From NCBI GenBank assembly GCA_951406725.2, contig OX597817.1:164176001-164240000 (forward strand): 64,000 nucleotides of DNA, read 5' to 3'. Positions 1-13,559 of this stretch are shown here, piece by piece (position 1 is the stretch's first letter; each line of letters begins with the position of its first letter). The translations under genes were made by a program, and so were the position numbers. The notes under the pieces are model-generated. The model was not told where the DNA came from. It searched no databases and saw nothing but the letters and a program-made list of their open reading frames with translations. This DNA is from Octopus vulgaris. Its lineage: Eukaryota.

Positions 1-256
1 TCAACTTAATCCCTTTGTCTGTCCTTGTTTGTCCTCTCTGTGATTAGCCCTTTGTGGGTAGTAAAGAAATAAGTATTTCGTCTGCCATTACGTTCAGAGT
101 TCAAATTCCGCCAAGGTCGACTTTGCCTTTCATCCTTTTGGGGTTGATAAATTAGGTACCAGTTACGCACTGGGGTTGATGCAATTGACTTAATCCTTTT
201 GTGTGTCCTTGTTTGTCCCCTCTAAGTTTAGTCCCTTGTGGGCAATAAAGAAATAA
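1..256 (+). mobile_element. tRNA-derived SINE family B (GCCTTTCATCCTTTCGGGGTCGATAAA core, Nin-domain-like); other copies at about 5325-5468(-), 12156-12375, 20990-21160, 22670-22850(-), 39080-39307, 40780-40998(-), 46467-46682, 58370-58590(-)
   Basis: Multicopy; B-box GAGTTCAAATTCC; conserved core; TAAAGAAATA tail. Confidence 0.85.
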
Positions 257-492
257 GTTGTAGAACCCTCATCTATCATTTACACTGGGTTCAGAGCACA
301 CACACATGGATGTAAAAATACCCAGGTTGGTACCAGAACATGAAATATAATAAAACAATCGCTTCTTCATCACCATTATCACCTTTACTATAATCATACT
401 ATGATGTAATTTTCTAAGCTAACAACAACAACAATTATACAAATATTTCTCCTAGAGTAAAAAACAAATGTAATCAAAATAGCTGAACTGAC

Positions 493-688
493 CTGAACAA
501 TAAAGATAATTGAAGGCAAGCCTTGACCAAACAAAAGGGACAAACAATGACTGCCATATTCATCGATTCCTTCCGTTGGAGAGAGAACAGTAAGTACTGA
601 GTCGGCTATTTTAACAGCATCAAGTAAGGCATACTGGTTACCATATTCAGGGATATAAAACGATACTCTCTGCTTTAGTCGAGGAATT
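493..688 (-). CDS. TSR1: TSR1 coding exon 5 (Bms1-type G-like domain); gene continues beyond the left edge
   Basis: IPRLKQRVSFYIPEYGNQYALLDAVKIADSVLTVLSPTEGIDEYGSHCLSLLFGQGLPSIIFIVQ resembles human PRLKHR...LDMAKVAD...EGWDSTGDYCLSCLFAQGLP; cag/gtcagt boundaries. Confidence 0.94.
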
Positions 689-1270
689 CTGACAATTACA
701 AAAATAAAATGAAAATAAAAACATTCAAAATTTACAAATAATGATTGTTGATGTTAAAAAAAATTGAAATGTTAATTAATGAGTTGATATTATATAGTCA
801 ATGGTAAACTATCATAGTAATAATTTTATTCCTGAAACAATATCAAACGATGGTAGGAAAATTCTTTTCAATATATCTTTTATTTTGTACTTGTTTCAGT
901 GATTGGACTGTGGCCATGCTGGGTCACTTCCTTGAAGGGTTTTGTCAAACAAATTCTCGTACTTATTCTATTGGTCTCTTTTGCCAAACCAGTAAGTTGC
1001 AGGGACATAAACAAACTAACACTGGTTGTCAAGCAACAGTGTGGAACAATGATACACACATTTACATATATGACAGGCTTCTATACAGATACCTTCTACC
1101 AAATTCACTGACATGACTTTGGTCAACCTGGAGCTATAGTAAAGAAAAGGCCAAGCAGTAGGACTGAACCAAAAATGGTTACAAAACAAGCTTCCTAATC
1201 ACAATCACCAACTTATGTTAGAGGCAAGTCTAAGAAAGTCTTCGAAACCAAATCAAAAAACTCAACTTAC

Positions 1271-1383
1271 CCTAAATGCGTTATATCCAGATCATTCTTC
1301 TTAGAGAAAGCAGTGTCATCACAATTAATCAACAAATCCAGAACCTTTTGGGAGTTAAGACTTTTATGCAGTGGAAGAATCAC
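1271..1383 (-). CDS. TSR1: TSR1 coding exon 4
   Basis: AG/gtaagt; VILPLHKSLNSQKVLDLLINCDDTAFSKKNDLDITHLG; phases consistent. Confidence 0.92.
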
Positions 1384-1516
1384 CTAAAATAAAGAAATAA
1401 ATTAAAATTCATTTCAAAGCTCAATGTTGCTGTTGTTATTGTTTAACCCCAGAACTGCTTTGACTACTCTTTATGTACTATGTAGACCCACACTGAAGTA
1501 TGAAATATTTTCAAGG

Positions 1517-1739
1517 TTAACCCTTTCATTACCGTATTTATTTTGAGATGCTCTGTGTTTCTTTCAATTATTTTAAATATAACAAAGAATTTAGTAAAAT
1601 AACTTAGCTATCATTAAGCTAGTGTTAGGAATATAAATTGCAACTAAGGTTTGGTGGTATATTTTGATGCAAAACTTATGAAAACAAGACATTTGCACTA
1701 CAAAACCGGTTTTGGCCGGGTTAGTAACGAAAGGGTTAA
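1517..1739. mobile_element. piggyBac-type MITE family 1; tandem triplet at 34501-35216
   Basis: TTAA-CCCTTTC...GAAAGGG-TTAA termini. Confidence 0.8.
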
Positions 1740-1767
1740 TAAACATGTTAATACCAATTTTTCTGAA

Positions 1768-2230
1768 ATCATCATCATTGTTTAACGTCCGCTTTCCATG
1801 CTAGCATGGGTTGGACAATTTGACTGAGGTCTGACGAATCAGATGGCTGCACCAGGCTCCAATCTGATCTGGCAGAGTTTCTACAGCTGGATGCCCTTCC
1901 TAATGCCAACCACTCCGAGAGTGTAGTAGGTGCTTTTACGAGGGCCAGTCAGGCAGTACTGGCAATGGCCATGCTCAAATGGTGCTTTTTATGTGCCACC
2001 TGCACAGGAGCCATGCCAGCGGCACTGGCAACGACCTCGCTCGAATGTTTTTTTCACATGCCACCAGCACAAGTGCTAGTCAGGTGACACAGGTAACAAT
2101 CACGCATGAAAGGTGTTTTTAACATGCCATCGGCATGGAGGCCAGCTTGTTGCTCTGGTAACGATCTCATTCGGATGATACTCTTAGCGCTCCATTAGCA
2201 CAGATGCCAGTCATCGAATTTGATTTTGAT
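1768..2230 (-). mobile_element. (GAT)n-tailed repeat, equal to a 5'-truncated 3' UTR of the RTE LINE; other copies at about 27588-27790, 33015-33115, 47935-48528, 52387-52780, 53585-53715, 55975-56265, 57225-57437
   Basis: CATGCTAGCATGGAAAGCGGACGTTAAACGATGATGATG end; the same end closes the RTE element at 63872. Confidence 0.8.
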
Positions 2231-2506
2231 TTCACCTTATTAAAGTGCCTATATTAAAATTCAGCTCTTGATCTAGATCTCATAAAATGAGATTTCAACT
2301 GACAAATGCCAGTATAATTTATATTCAATCCTTTAGCATTTAAACTGGCCATATCCAGCCTAAATATTCTACCTGTTGTATTTGTATATTCAAACAGACT
2401 AGATCTGGCTTCTCACACCTACCCTACAATGTCATTCTAAAACTAAACAATTACATCATCAACATCTCACAGCTATGAGTTAGGGTATAATTAATTCAAA
2501 ACTCAC

Positions 2507-2593
2507 CACAAAATGCGGAGTACTATCAGCACCACCACGACTGCGTTTTTGGGCCAAAACTTCTTCACGTTTGTTTTTACGAGTATGGAAAGC
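2507..2593 (-). CDS. TSR1: TSR1 coding exon 3
   Basis: AG/gtgagt boundaries; AFHTRKNKREEVLAQKRSRGGADSTPHFV resembles TSR1 LRKQKKEAVLAEKRQLGGKDGPPHQV. Confidence 0.92.
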
Positions 2594-2729
2594 CTTCATA
2601 AACAAAATAAAACGAGTTGAAATTATGAAATTATTTTTTGGGATTCAAATATTTAAAGAACAAAACTGTCCATTATACATGTTTATAAAAACATAAATAC
2701 ATAAAACAACTAGTTTTAAATTTCTGAGC

Positions 2730-3545
2730 TAGAAATATGTAGTAGTAACAGTACCGTACAGTAAAGTCTGTTTGTCAACGCAACATGGCAATCCTACACA
2801 GGATGGTGTTACTACTTTTTAGCCCCAGGAAAACATCTTTTCCAGCTGGCTACCGACACATGATCTGTGTCCATATACTATGAGCAAGGGAGCCTACTGT
2901 TCCCTTTCTAGCCAGGAAGCAATAGATTCCCTTGCTCACAGTATATGGATACAGATTATGTGTCTGTAGCCAGCTGGAAAAGATGTTTTCCTGGGGCTAA
3001 AATGTAATAACCATTGTCCAGATTGCATTGGCAAAGAGACTTTACATAAAACAACAAATGAGTTAAGTATCAGCTATGGTAGACACTTTTAATGGGATGT
3101 GAAATAGTAACTTTTAATACTCTCTTTTACTAGAAATATGTAGTAGTAACAGTACCGTACAGTAAAGTCTGTTTGTCAACGCAACATGGCAATCCTACAC
3201 AGGATGGTGTTACTACTTTTTAGCCCCAGGAAAACATCTTTTCCAGCTGGCTACCGACACATGATCTGTGTCCATATACTGTGAGCAAGGGAGTCTACCG
3301 TCCCCTTTCTAGCCAGGAAGCAGTAGATACCCTTGCTCAGAGTATATGGATACAGATTATGTATCGGAAGCCAGCTGGAAAAGATGTTTTCCTAGGGCTA
3401 AAATGTAATAACCATTGTCCAGTGTAGGACTGCCACATTGCATTGGCAAAGAGACTTTACATAAAACAACAAATGAGTTAAGTATCAGCTATGGTAGACA
3501 CTTTTAATGGGATGTGAAATAGTAACTTTTAATACTCTCTTTTAC
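2730..3545. repeat. ~400-bp tandem duplication, each unit holding a ~290-bp foldback MITE (2761-3045, 3162-3460)
   Basis: GTAAAGTC...GACTTTAC termini; nearly the whole element is palindromic; the units differ by SNPs and an indel. Confidence 0.85.
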
Positions 3546-4083
3546 TTGTTCCAGTCATTTGACTGTGGCCATGATGGAGCACCGCCTTTAGTCGAGCAAA
3601 TCGACCCCAGGACTTATTCTTTGTAAGCCTAGTACTTATTCTATCGGTCTCTTTTGCCAAACCGCTAAGTTACGGGGACGTAAACACACCAGCATCAGTT
3701 GTCAAGCCATGTTGGGGGGACAAACGCAGACACACACATGCATATATATACATATATACAACGGGCTTCTTTCAGTTTCTGTCTTCCAAATCCACTCACG
3801 AGGCTTTGGTCGGCCCGAGGCTATAGTAGAAGACACTTGCCCAAGGTGCCACACAGTGGGACTGAACCCGGAACCATGTGGCTAGTAAGCAAGCTACTTA
3901 CCACACAACCACTCCTCTGAAAAATTTTTATCTAACAGTCTGAAGATATACAAGGTGCAAGGGGTATTTAAGAACAGTTAATTATCAGCATATTACTCTC
4001 TTCAAACCAATTAAAAAATTTTATTTCTTCCAACTCTCCACTTGGCAGATAAAATGCAAACACAAAAGATAAATAAAAAAATG

Positions 4084-4592
4084 TACCGTAAATCCTTGAG
4101 TACAATACGCAGGGGATTTTTAGGGGGTTGTACTTCTGAAAAACCTAAACCTTATGTATAATATGCACCCCTTCTCTAACTTGAGTTGTGTGTAATTAAG
4201 CCAGCAGCACCTAATCAAACAAACACTTCCGCGCATGCGTAATACAATAATGGTGATGTTCTTAACTGTTATATGGGAATGTAAATATGTTTGCAAATTG
4301 TTTTTGTTACATAATATTCTGTGTTCTGAATACTTTTATTTTAATAAATGTTGCTTAATGCAAGTTATGGATGATTCTTTTATGACCTCATTGCTTTCAA
4401 GCTTAGCTTTAGGTATTTTCGCGCCCGACATCATAAAATGCGTCTGAATAAACATTGCCGGACAGCAAATAGAGACTTGGACATTGCTTAGAAAATAATT
4501 TTCCTTTTTAACCTCGTATATAGTACGCATGAGGGATTTTGACTTCTAAATTTTGGGGAAAAAATGCGGATTATACTCGAGGATTTACGGTA
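4084..4592. mobile_element. Tc1/pogo-type MITE; second copy at 19746-20262 in the opposite orientation
   Basis: TA-CCGTAAATCCTCGAGTATAA TIRs with TA TSD; internal homology between the two copies. Confidence 0.85.
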
Positions 4593-4823
4593 GTTATTAT
4601 TATCATATGTATGGAACACCACAATTTACAAATAGCCAACTTTCTAAATGTTGCAAGATCTTTTATGCACAAAGTTTGAATGAAACTGAAAGGCTCTTGC
4701 AAGAATGTTTCAACTGCATCAATTATAAATAAAACTTAACTGAAACAAATAGTAGATATGTTTTAGTTGGAAATATCATAATCAAAGTGCTGCTAATGAT
4801 TATGCTTTACAGATAAAACTTAC

Positions 4824-4894
4824 CTTTTTCCTTCGTTCAGCTCTTCGTATTTCTAGTTTATGCCGTTTCGAGATACTTTTAACACTGACACGTC
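4824..4894 (-). CDS. TSR1: TSR1 coding exon 2
   Basis: ctcag acceptor / gtaagt donor; (G)RVSVKSISKRHKLEIRRAERRKK; phase matches exon 1. Confidence 0.92.
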
Positions 4895-4973
4895 CTGAGA
4901 AAAATACATAATTTTCAGACTGACAAAATTTCTGAAGCTGTTCAAAATTTATAGAGATGTTTCAGAAGTCTTT

Positions 4974-5194
4974 TTAACCCTTTAGCATTCAGATGTAATG
5001 CTTATTTATTTACATTTGATTTGAATTAACCATGCATTATTATCTCATAGCTTTAAGATTTTGATGATGTGATTGATTATTTTTAGAAGAATATTGTAGA
5101 ATAAATGTTAGAGACCAGATCTGGTTGGTTTGAACATAAAACAGATAGAAACATTTGGGCCAGATTTGGGTCAGTTTGAATGCTGAAGGGTTAA
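4974..5194. mobile_element. piggyBac-type MITE family 2; copies at 50852-51080, 56782-57009 and about 2329-2500, 42520-42764, 44797-44984
   Basis: TTAA-CCCTTTAGCATT...AAGGG-TTAA termini; multicopy. Confidence 0.8.
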
Positions 5195-6280
5195 CATTTA
5201 AATGATACAGGAAATTTTCATTTTTTAATATTATTAAAACTAACTTTACTATTTTGTTGTAAACATATATGCGTGAGTGTGTGTGTATATATATATATAT
5301 AGATTGATAGATAGGTAGATATTGCCCACAGGGGGCTAAACATAGAGGGGACAAACAAGGACAGGCAAAGGGATTAAGTCGATTACATCAACCCCAGTGC
5401 GTAACTGGTACTTATTTAATCAACCCAGAAAGGATGAAAAGCAAAGTCGACCTTGGCGGAGTTTGAACATATATATTGAACCCTCACAGCCAGCTCGTAT
5501 CTTACAATCATCTTAGAAGCCAAAGGACATACTTTTTTTTAAAATAAATCACTTAAAGTTCTACTTCACCTAATAGTAACAATCATTGGCGTTATTGTTA
5601 GAGTTGGGCAAATGTTTGTGATATTTAATTATGTCACTTACGTTCTAGGTTCCAATTGTACATTTGGTAGACGGAGAAAATGTGGAAACCATTCTTAATG
5701 TGCGTGTTTGTGCTTCTTTCCCCCCACAGCCTGACGGTGCTGGTTTGTTTACATCCATGTAACTTAGCAGTTCGGTAAAAGAAACCGATAGAATAAGTAC
5801 CAGACTTAAAAAATAAGAACAGGGGTCGATTTGTTCGATCAAATCTTTTCAAGGGATGTCCCGGCATGACTGCAGCCCAGTAAGTGTAACAAGGAGGAGA
5901 TAAATCTAGTCGATCCATGCCTTGTAAGTGAAACTAGACAGACGGAACCTGTACAGAAGACCATTGGATGGATTGTACCTGTAACTGAAAGGTTCAAATT
6001 TCTCACATTTTGTATCACACTGATTCAGCTCAGGAGCCACATTAAAGGTAGGCGTGCATGTGGAATACTCATTTTTAAGACAGTGTAAAAATGAGCCCGT
6101 TTTTATAAGACGGTGTAATTCCTGTTATGGAAGATATAGCAACGTCTACTAGCAGATCGAGATGGCATGACGTGAGATAGTAAATAAAACCAGGTGTTCA
6201 AAAGTAGAGTGAAAAATAGGGAAAGTGCACGTGAAATTCTGTCCATAGGGAAGACACCGTATGTATGCATGTATGGGCAT

Positions 6281-6846
6281 TCTTTCGATATAGCTCGATA
6301 AGGTCGAGACATTTCACTTCGGAGGTACTACTTAAGAAGAGTGGTCCTGGTGCGCGCACTCGCGTAATCGTGCAAGCTCGTCGTGACTAGTCGATCCTAC
6401 AACGATTACCTAGCAAAGTAAATATTTTTTTATAAAAATAAAACACAAAGGATCGACTAGTCACGACTAGCTAGCGCGGATGCGCGAGTACACGAGTGCG
6501 CGCACCGGGACCACTCTTCTTAAGTAGTACCCGCTTTGGGTATTTCTGTGGGTTGTGGAGTTCTTTCGATATAGCTCGATAAGGTCGAGACATTTCACTT
6601 CGGAGGTACTACTTAAGAAGAGTGGTCCTGGTGCGCGCACTCGCGTAATCGTGCAAGCTCGTCGTGACTAGTCGATCCTACAACGATTACCTAGCAAAGT
6701 AAATATTTTTTTATAAAAATAAAACACAAAGTAAGGATCGACTAGTCACGACTAGCTAGCGAGGATGCGCGAGTACACGTGTGCGCGCACCGGGACCACT
6801 CTTCTTAAGTAGTACCCACTTTGGGTATTTCTGTGGGTTGTGGAGT
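6281..6846. repeat. ~281-bp tandem duplication, each unit holding a CpG-rich MITE (6324-6531, 6605-6816)
   Basis: GGTACTACTTAAGAAGAGTGGTCC... inverted termini of about 70 bp; two nearly identical units. Confidence 0.85.
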
Positions 6847-7521
6847 ATAGATAGATATAACGAAATTATGCCAGCAATGTCTTGCATATTTGTTCTGACC
6901 TGTTTCATGTGTGTATGTAAAATCCGCAAATTTCCAAGCAGAAAACAGAAGCGAACTGTCATTTGCTTCCACAGCGCGCTGACAAACGGGGGGTGGGGTG
7001 GGGGGCTCGGGAAATTCCCAGGATCAACCGTAGAGGCAAAAATGGAAAAAAATATGTGTAACAGGTGTTTAAACGCATTTCACACACATAGCCCAATGTC
7101 ATAATTCAAAACTAACGCAGCGAAAATTTTGAAAAGTTCCCCCAGTTCTGAAAAAAATCGATAAATTCGACATGGGGTCGCGAATCAGAAACACAATGGT
7201 GAAAATTGATGGTAAATTTTTCTTTAAATCGTAGGCAATTTTCCGAGCCCCCTCCCCCCCCCGTTTGTCAGCGCGCTTTTTTTTCGTCATATTCCTTCAA
7301 TATACGATGCCTTACAACTGTTACACATTTTCGTTTCCATTTTTCCCACCGGGTGCGGATCTCATTTTTCCCACCGGGTGCGGATCTAGATATTAACCAA
7401 AGAGGGTAATGCTACGTAGCAGAGAAAATACGAGAGATTGTCGGAAGACCCATAACATATCAGCTATATACACAAGTTAAACACATTAATAGATCAACTA
7501 CAAAACTGCAACTATACACAC

Positions 7522-7630
7522 CTTGGGACATGCGATCCAGTTCCCGCTTTCCTCTGTGTTTTCCGCGTTTATGTAGTTTGTTTTGCTGTTTAAAAGAAGT
7601 TGGTCGATGTTCCTCTTGTTCGGACACCAT
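7522..7630 (-). CDS. TSR1: TSR1 pre-rRNA processing protein, coding exon 1
   Basis: ATG at 7630; MVSEQEEHRPTSFKQQNKLHKRGKHRGKRELDRMSQG resembles the TSR1 N-terminus (HRPG.LKQQNK.HK.G.HRG); GT donor, phase 1. Confidence 0.93.
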
Positions 7631-7641
7631 CTTGGTGCCAG

Positions 7642-7647
7642 CACGTG
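7642..7647. promoter_or_regulatory. Canonical E-box (CACGTG), candidate Myc/Max site just upstream of the TSR1 ATG
   Basis: CACGTG 12 nt upstream of the ATG; Myc E-boxes near the TSS are typical of ribosome-biogenesis genes. Confidence 0.5.
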
Positions 7648-8041
7648 GAATGGAAATAACGGATGTTGATATCGCCCTCTGTATAAAGTTATCAAAACAA
7701 GGGACGCAACTTTCTTTTCTTCGTAGCTACACCTTATCACGGCTCTTGCTCGCTATTACGTTTTTGACTTTCTCGCTTTCTCTCTCTCTCATATATACAT
7801 GTATGTATACTCTTTTTACTTGTTTCAGTCATTTGACTGTGGCCATGCTGGGGCACCGCCTTTAGTCGAGCAAATTGACCCCCAGGACTTATTCTTTGTA
7901 AGCCTAGCACTTATTCTATCGGTCTCCTTTGCCGAACCGCTAGTTTACGGGGACGTAAGCACACCAGCATCGGTTGTCAAGCGGTGTTGGGGGAACAAAC
8001 ACAGATACACAAACATACGCACACACACACACACACACACA

Positions 8042-8197
<156 letters not shown>

Positions 8198-8784
8198 TAG
8201 ATAGATAGATATATACATATATATGACGGGCTTCTTTCAGTTTCCGTCTACCAAATCCACTCACAAGGCTTTGGTCAGTCCTAGGCTATAGTAGAAGTTT
8301 ATGCAGTGGGACTGAACCCGGAACCATGTGGTTGGTAAGCAAGCTATTTACCACACAGCCACTCATGTATGTATGTATGTATGTATGTATGTATGTATGT
8401 ATGCATGTATATGTGTATGTATGTATACACTCACAGACACACAGACACACACACACACATATATTGTTGTATTTCGGGACGGTCATTTTTTGTGTTTCAC
8501 TCATTTATCACTGTTCTTATTTAAACTCATGTCCCTTGTCGGGAAATCTTTCTTCACACATCTGTGACCTCTTCAGCGATACTTTTCGTTTTCGTGTGTG
8601 CTCTTGTTCCACTTACTCCATTCTGGAATGATGTCATAAACATCGCTATGTATTTATTTCTCTCCCTCCTTCAATCCCTTCTGGAGTAAGTGAAGCAAGA
8701 GCACACGCGAAAACGAAGTGTTGCTGAAGGGGTCACAGATGTGTGACGAAAGATTTCCGCACAATGGACATGAGATAAAATAAA

Positions 8785-9000
8785 TTCTCTTTTTCACTAA
8801 TCTTCAGCTTTACGCTAACATCCGCTGAGCAGCTGATTTCCACAACTATACAGTTTCTCTTCTCAATCCCAAATCACTATATCAGGTCTATTTTATTGAG
8901 GTTTTCACAGGGACATTCCACCAGTATTCCTTTTAATTATTAGTGAATATGGTTTCCATCATACTGTAGGTTCTTATGTCTTTGACCTCAGGGTTATCCT
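8785..9000 (-). mobile_element. R4/Dong-like retrotransposon fragment with restriction-like endonuclease (RLE)
   Basis: Minus strand KEYWWNVPVKTS..RPDIVIWD..EK...VVEISCSADVSVKLKISEKE is a PD-(D/E)xK RLE motif, with stops and frameshifts. Confidence 0.75.
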
Positions 9001-9059
9001 ATGTATGTATGTATGTATGTATGTATGTATGTATGTATGTATGTATGTATGTATGTATG

Positions 9060-9090
<31 letters not shown>

Positions 9091-9135
9091 CTAAATTGAT
9101 ATAAACTATTCTTAGATCATTAATGTTTACATAAG

Positions 9136-9515
9136 CGTAGGAGTGGCTGTGTGGTAAGTAGCTTGCTTACGAACCACATGGTTGTGGGTTCAGTCCCACT
9201 GCGTGGCACCTTGTGCAAGTGTCTTCTACTATAGCCTTGGGCCGACCAAAGCCTTGTGAGTGGGTTTGGTAGACGGAAACTGAAAGAAGCCCGTCGTATA
9301 TATGTATATATATGCGTGTGTCTGTTTTTGTTCCCCCCAACATCGCTTGACAACCGATGCTGGTGTGCTTACGTCCCCGTAACTTAGCGGTTCGGCAAAA
9401 ACAGACCAATAGAATAAGTACTAGGCTTACAAAGAATAAGTCCTGGGGTCGATTTGCTCGACTAAAGGCGGTGCTCCAGCATGGCCACAGACAAATGACT
9501 GAAACAATTAAAATA
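9136..9515 (+). mobile_element. tRNA-derived SINE family A (CCTTGGGCAAGT CORE-like segment, internal (TA)n(TG)n); other copies at about 884-1210(-), 3540-3917(-), 7812-8365(-), 19085-19470, 31415-31815, 32419-32835, 40315-40620, 43216-43625, 47258-47660, 54486-54880
   Basis: More than 12 near-identical copies; A-box TGGCTGTGTGG, B-box GGTTCAGTCCC; tail CAGCATGGCC..CAGTCAAATGACTGAAACAAGTAAAAGA. Confidence 0.88.
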
Positions 9516-10093
9516 GTATAAGTTGATCTTTTTAATTATTCATGCTCCGATCTATTCTTATCGTCCAACTAATGTCAGATGTACAGCGTTCTAACGATCT
9601 TAAAAGAATTTGATTCGCTGATGAGATCTTACTACGTTCAGAACACATCCGGAGTTTTCTCCCATTCCGAAACAACGGAAAATAACATTAGTGACCGCTT
9701 AATTATAATTTCTGATTGGTTGCAAAACCTCCAGCGACACTGTTAAAATTTTATGAAGAGCACCAACCGTTGAGAGAGAGAGAGGGGGTGGGGAGAAATG
9801 AAGAAAGTAAAGTCATAAAGTCATAGAAAAAGGGAAGATAGAAAAAGATGTTATTGTCTATTTTTTCTCTCCCTCTCTCTCTCTCTCTTTAATCTATTGT
9901 CCATGATTCTTTTGCTTCAGACGTTAGCAATTTTTATGAGGAGCTGTAAGTCTTGAAAGAGAGAAGGAATGGAAGCAGGGAGAGAGAGACATACATAGCG
10001 GTGTTTATGACATCATTCGTAACAATTAACAGTCAATGAGAAAATCGAAGTAAAGTCGTACGAGAAAGAGGTAAGGATTAAGAAAAAAGGTAC

Positions 10094-10094
<1 letters not shown>

Positions 10095-10177
<83 letters not shown>

Positions 10178-10226
10178 GGATAGATGGATGGATGGATGGA
10201 TGGATGGATGGATGGATGGATGGATG

Positions 10227-10293
<67 letters not shown>

Positions 10294-10318
10294 GATAGAT
10301 AGATAGATAGATAGATAA
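10095..10318. repeat. Compound (TAGA)n(TGGA)n(TAGA)n microsatellite; other long SSRs: (TA)n 8046-8194, (TATG)n 9001-9088, (CT)n 11114-11213, (GT)n 14986-15094
   Basis: Seen directly. Confidence 0.97.
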
Positions 10319-11092
10319 ACAGACAGACAGGCAGGTAGACAAGCAGGCATACAGACAGACAGACTGTCCACGATGTCCCTTGCTTCTACATCCCTCTAAC
10401 TTTTCCTTCTCTGATGACGGTTTACTCAACCTATGGAATCCTTACTCATTATGATGATCCATACGCTTGACTATTCTCGAAACAGCTGTAAGATACTCTC
10501 TATATCCATATTCTCTGTCTAAATTAAATGTCTTTTCAAGTGATGCCAATCGGTTTACCTTTTCATTTTTACATTAATCTTAGATAGAGAGAGAGTGGGG
10601 GGAGACAGACAGACAGACAGTCAATGAAAGAGAATGAGGACTAGGAAGATAAATATAATAGAAAGTATAAAGGGCGGCAGTATTGGAGGAACAAACAAAT
10701 TTTCAATAAAAATGAAAGGGTGTGTGAAGAATTAAACATACAAAAGTTGTTTTTTTTTAAAACGTGGCAACTAGAGTAAAAGCAGTTATATCACCTCGTT
10801 TTACGAAACCAATTATTGAAATTGGGTTTGAGTATCGTACCCTACCACAACAACCGACTCTACTGTGAATTACCCATAATACATCACGATTCACTGAATC
10901 AAAGGCATTAGTAAAGCAATGACATGAGTCAAATCACAGCTTAATATATACTATTTCTCATACAAATATCAAGCAGAAATATCACATTATTAGTGGCTCT
11001 TCCTGCGTGAAAACTTAATTGAGACTTGGAAAGAATGGTCACTCTAATGTCTTGAATGGGCTTATCAAGAACAATTCTGCTCAATATTACAC

Positions 11093-12142
<1,050 letters not shown>

Positions 12143-13136
12143 ACACCTTTTAACAGGGCGGCGAGCTCGCAGAATCGTTAGCACGCCGGGCAAAATGTTA
12201 AACAGCAGTTCTTCCGGCTTTGCCTTCTGAATTCAAATTTCGCTGAGGTTGACTTTACTCCTTTCATCCTTTCGAAATCGATAAAATAAGTACCAGTCGA
12301 ATACTGGAGTCGATGAATTCAACTTATCCCCTCTCCCGAAAGTACTGGTCTTGTGCCAAAATATGAAGCCAATATTTTCTTTATAACACTGAAAAGAGAA
12401 ATGCCTCAAAAATTACCGTTTATGTCTTTAAACCTTTGTTCAGCCCCTTCAGTAACGCATTTCTCCAGTCTTCAGGAATTGTATAATTTCCCCATGAATT
12501 TATTATATATATGGAAGATAATGCAGAAAAATCCACTATCGTATTTCCCATTGCTATGAATACCAGGAAAATTTTCCATTCTCATGTTTGTACAACAAGT
12601 TTTAACACACTAAAATCAAGTGGATCAACAAGAAAATTATTAATTGGAATTTGCGTAATGGTTTCTAAAAAAAGACCAATCAATGCTTAATATGTAATTT
12701 AGCAGATGACTGAAATGTCCATAAAAAATCTCATTTCAATGTTTTATAGAGTTTGATAATCTTTAACCCGAATGGGAACACAAGAAATTGAGAGTGGTTT
12801 TGTCATATGCTTTCTGAAGATCACAGATTCGTTCAATCTGTCATTTATTTTTCATACTTCTGATTTCCCCCTGAATTTGTGACCTAATAAAATCAATAAA
12901 TTTTCGTTTTGACAGAGTTGTTTTCACAAGTAATAAGCTTTGTATATTTTTATTATTACTGCCAAACTAGTTTTTGTTTTTGAACTTTGTAACCTTCAAT
13001 ATTTCTTTTGGACGTTAATAATCCTTGTTTCATGATTCATGTCAAATACTCAGACACCTTAAATCATTTGAATTTTCTGGTTCCTTTTAAATATCAAATT
13101 CATTCGTGCCAAGTCTTTGAGCCTGGATATGCCCAT

Positions 13137-13545
13137 ACTTACTTGTACTTGTGACGGCGTTCAACCAGAGCAGGTTGAGCCGACTTCTTCTCTAGTCCTG
13201 ACGACATCACGAACTATGGCGGCCCACGCTCGACGGTCCTGTGTGAGGTCACTGGAGATAGCGGGCCATTCGCGGTTCCATCTGCGCAGACCGACCACCT
13301 GCGGACCTGAGAGTTCGGAGAGGTCCTCCTTTATCGTCGTTGCCCAGGTCTTCAGCTGCCCGCTCGTGCGTTTGCGCCAGCTGGGAAGTGGAGGTGGGAG
13401 GAGGACATCGCGAATCAGCTCACCCTCTGGACACCGGGCCGCATGACCGAACCACCAAGTATGGACGTTGTAGAAGCACCGAAGGGAGGGGCCGGATATT
13501 CAGGCGATGACGAAAACCGGCTGCAGGAACCCGATCAATGCGTCC
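13137..13545 (-). mobile_element. RTE-like LINE 3' end with CAAGTA-repeat tail
   Basis: Minus strand reads WFGHAARCPEGELIRDVL...RKRTSGQLKTWATTIKEDL...QDRRAWAAIVRD, followed by the tail CAAGTACAAGTAAGTA. Confidence 0.82.
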
Positions 13546-13559
13546 ATATACCTTTGTGA

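Noticed and set aside
291-373. Possible intronic C/D snoRNA on the minus strand (GTGATGA...CTGA) in TSR1, whose human orthologue hosts SNORD91
   Set aside because: No convincing terminal stem, and the guide region is a (GT)n-like tract with no rRNA complement I can recognise; a snoscan/Infernal search would settle it
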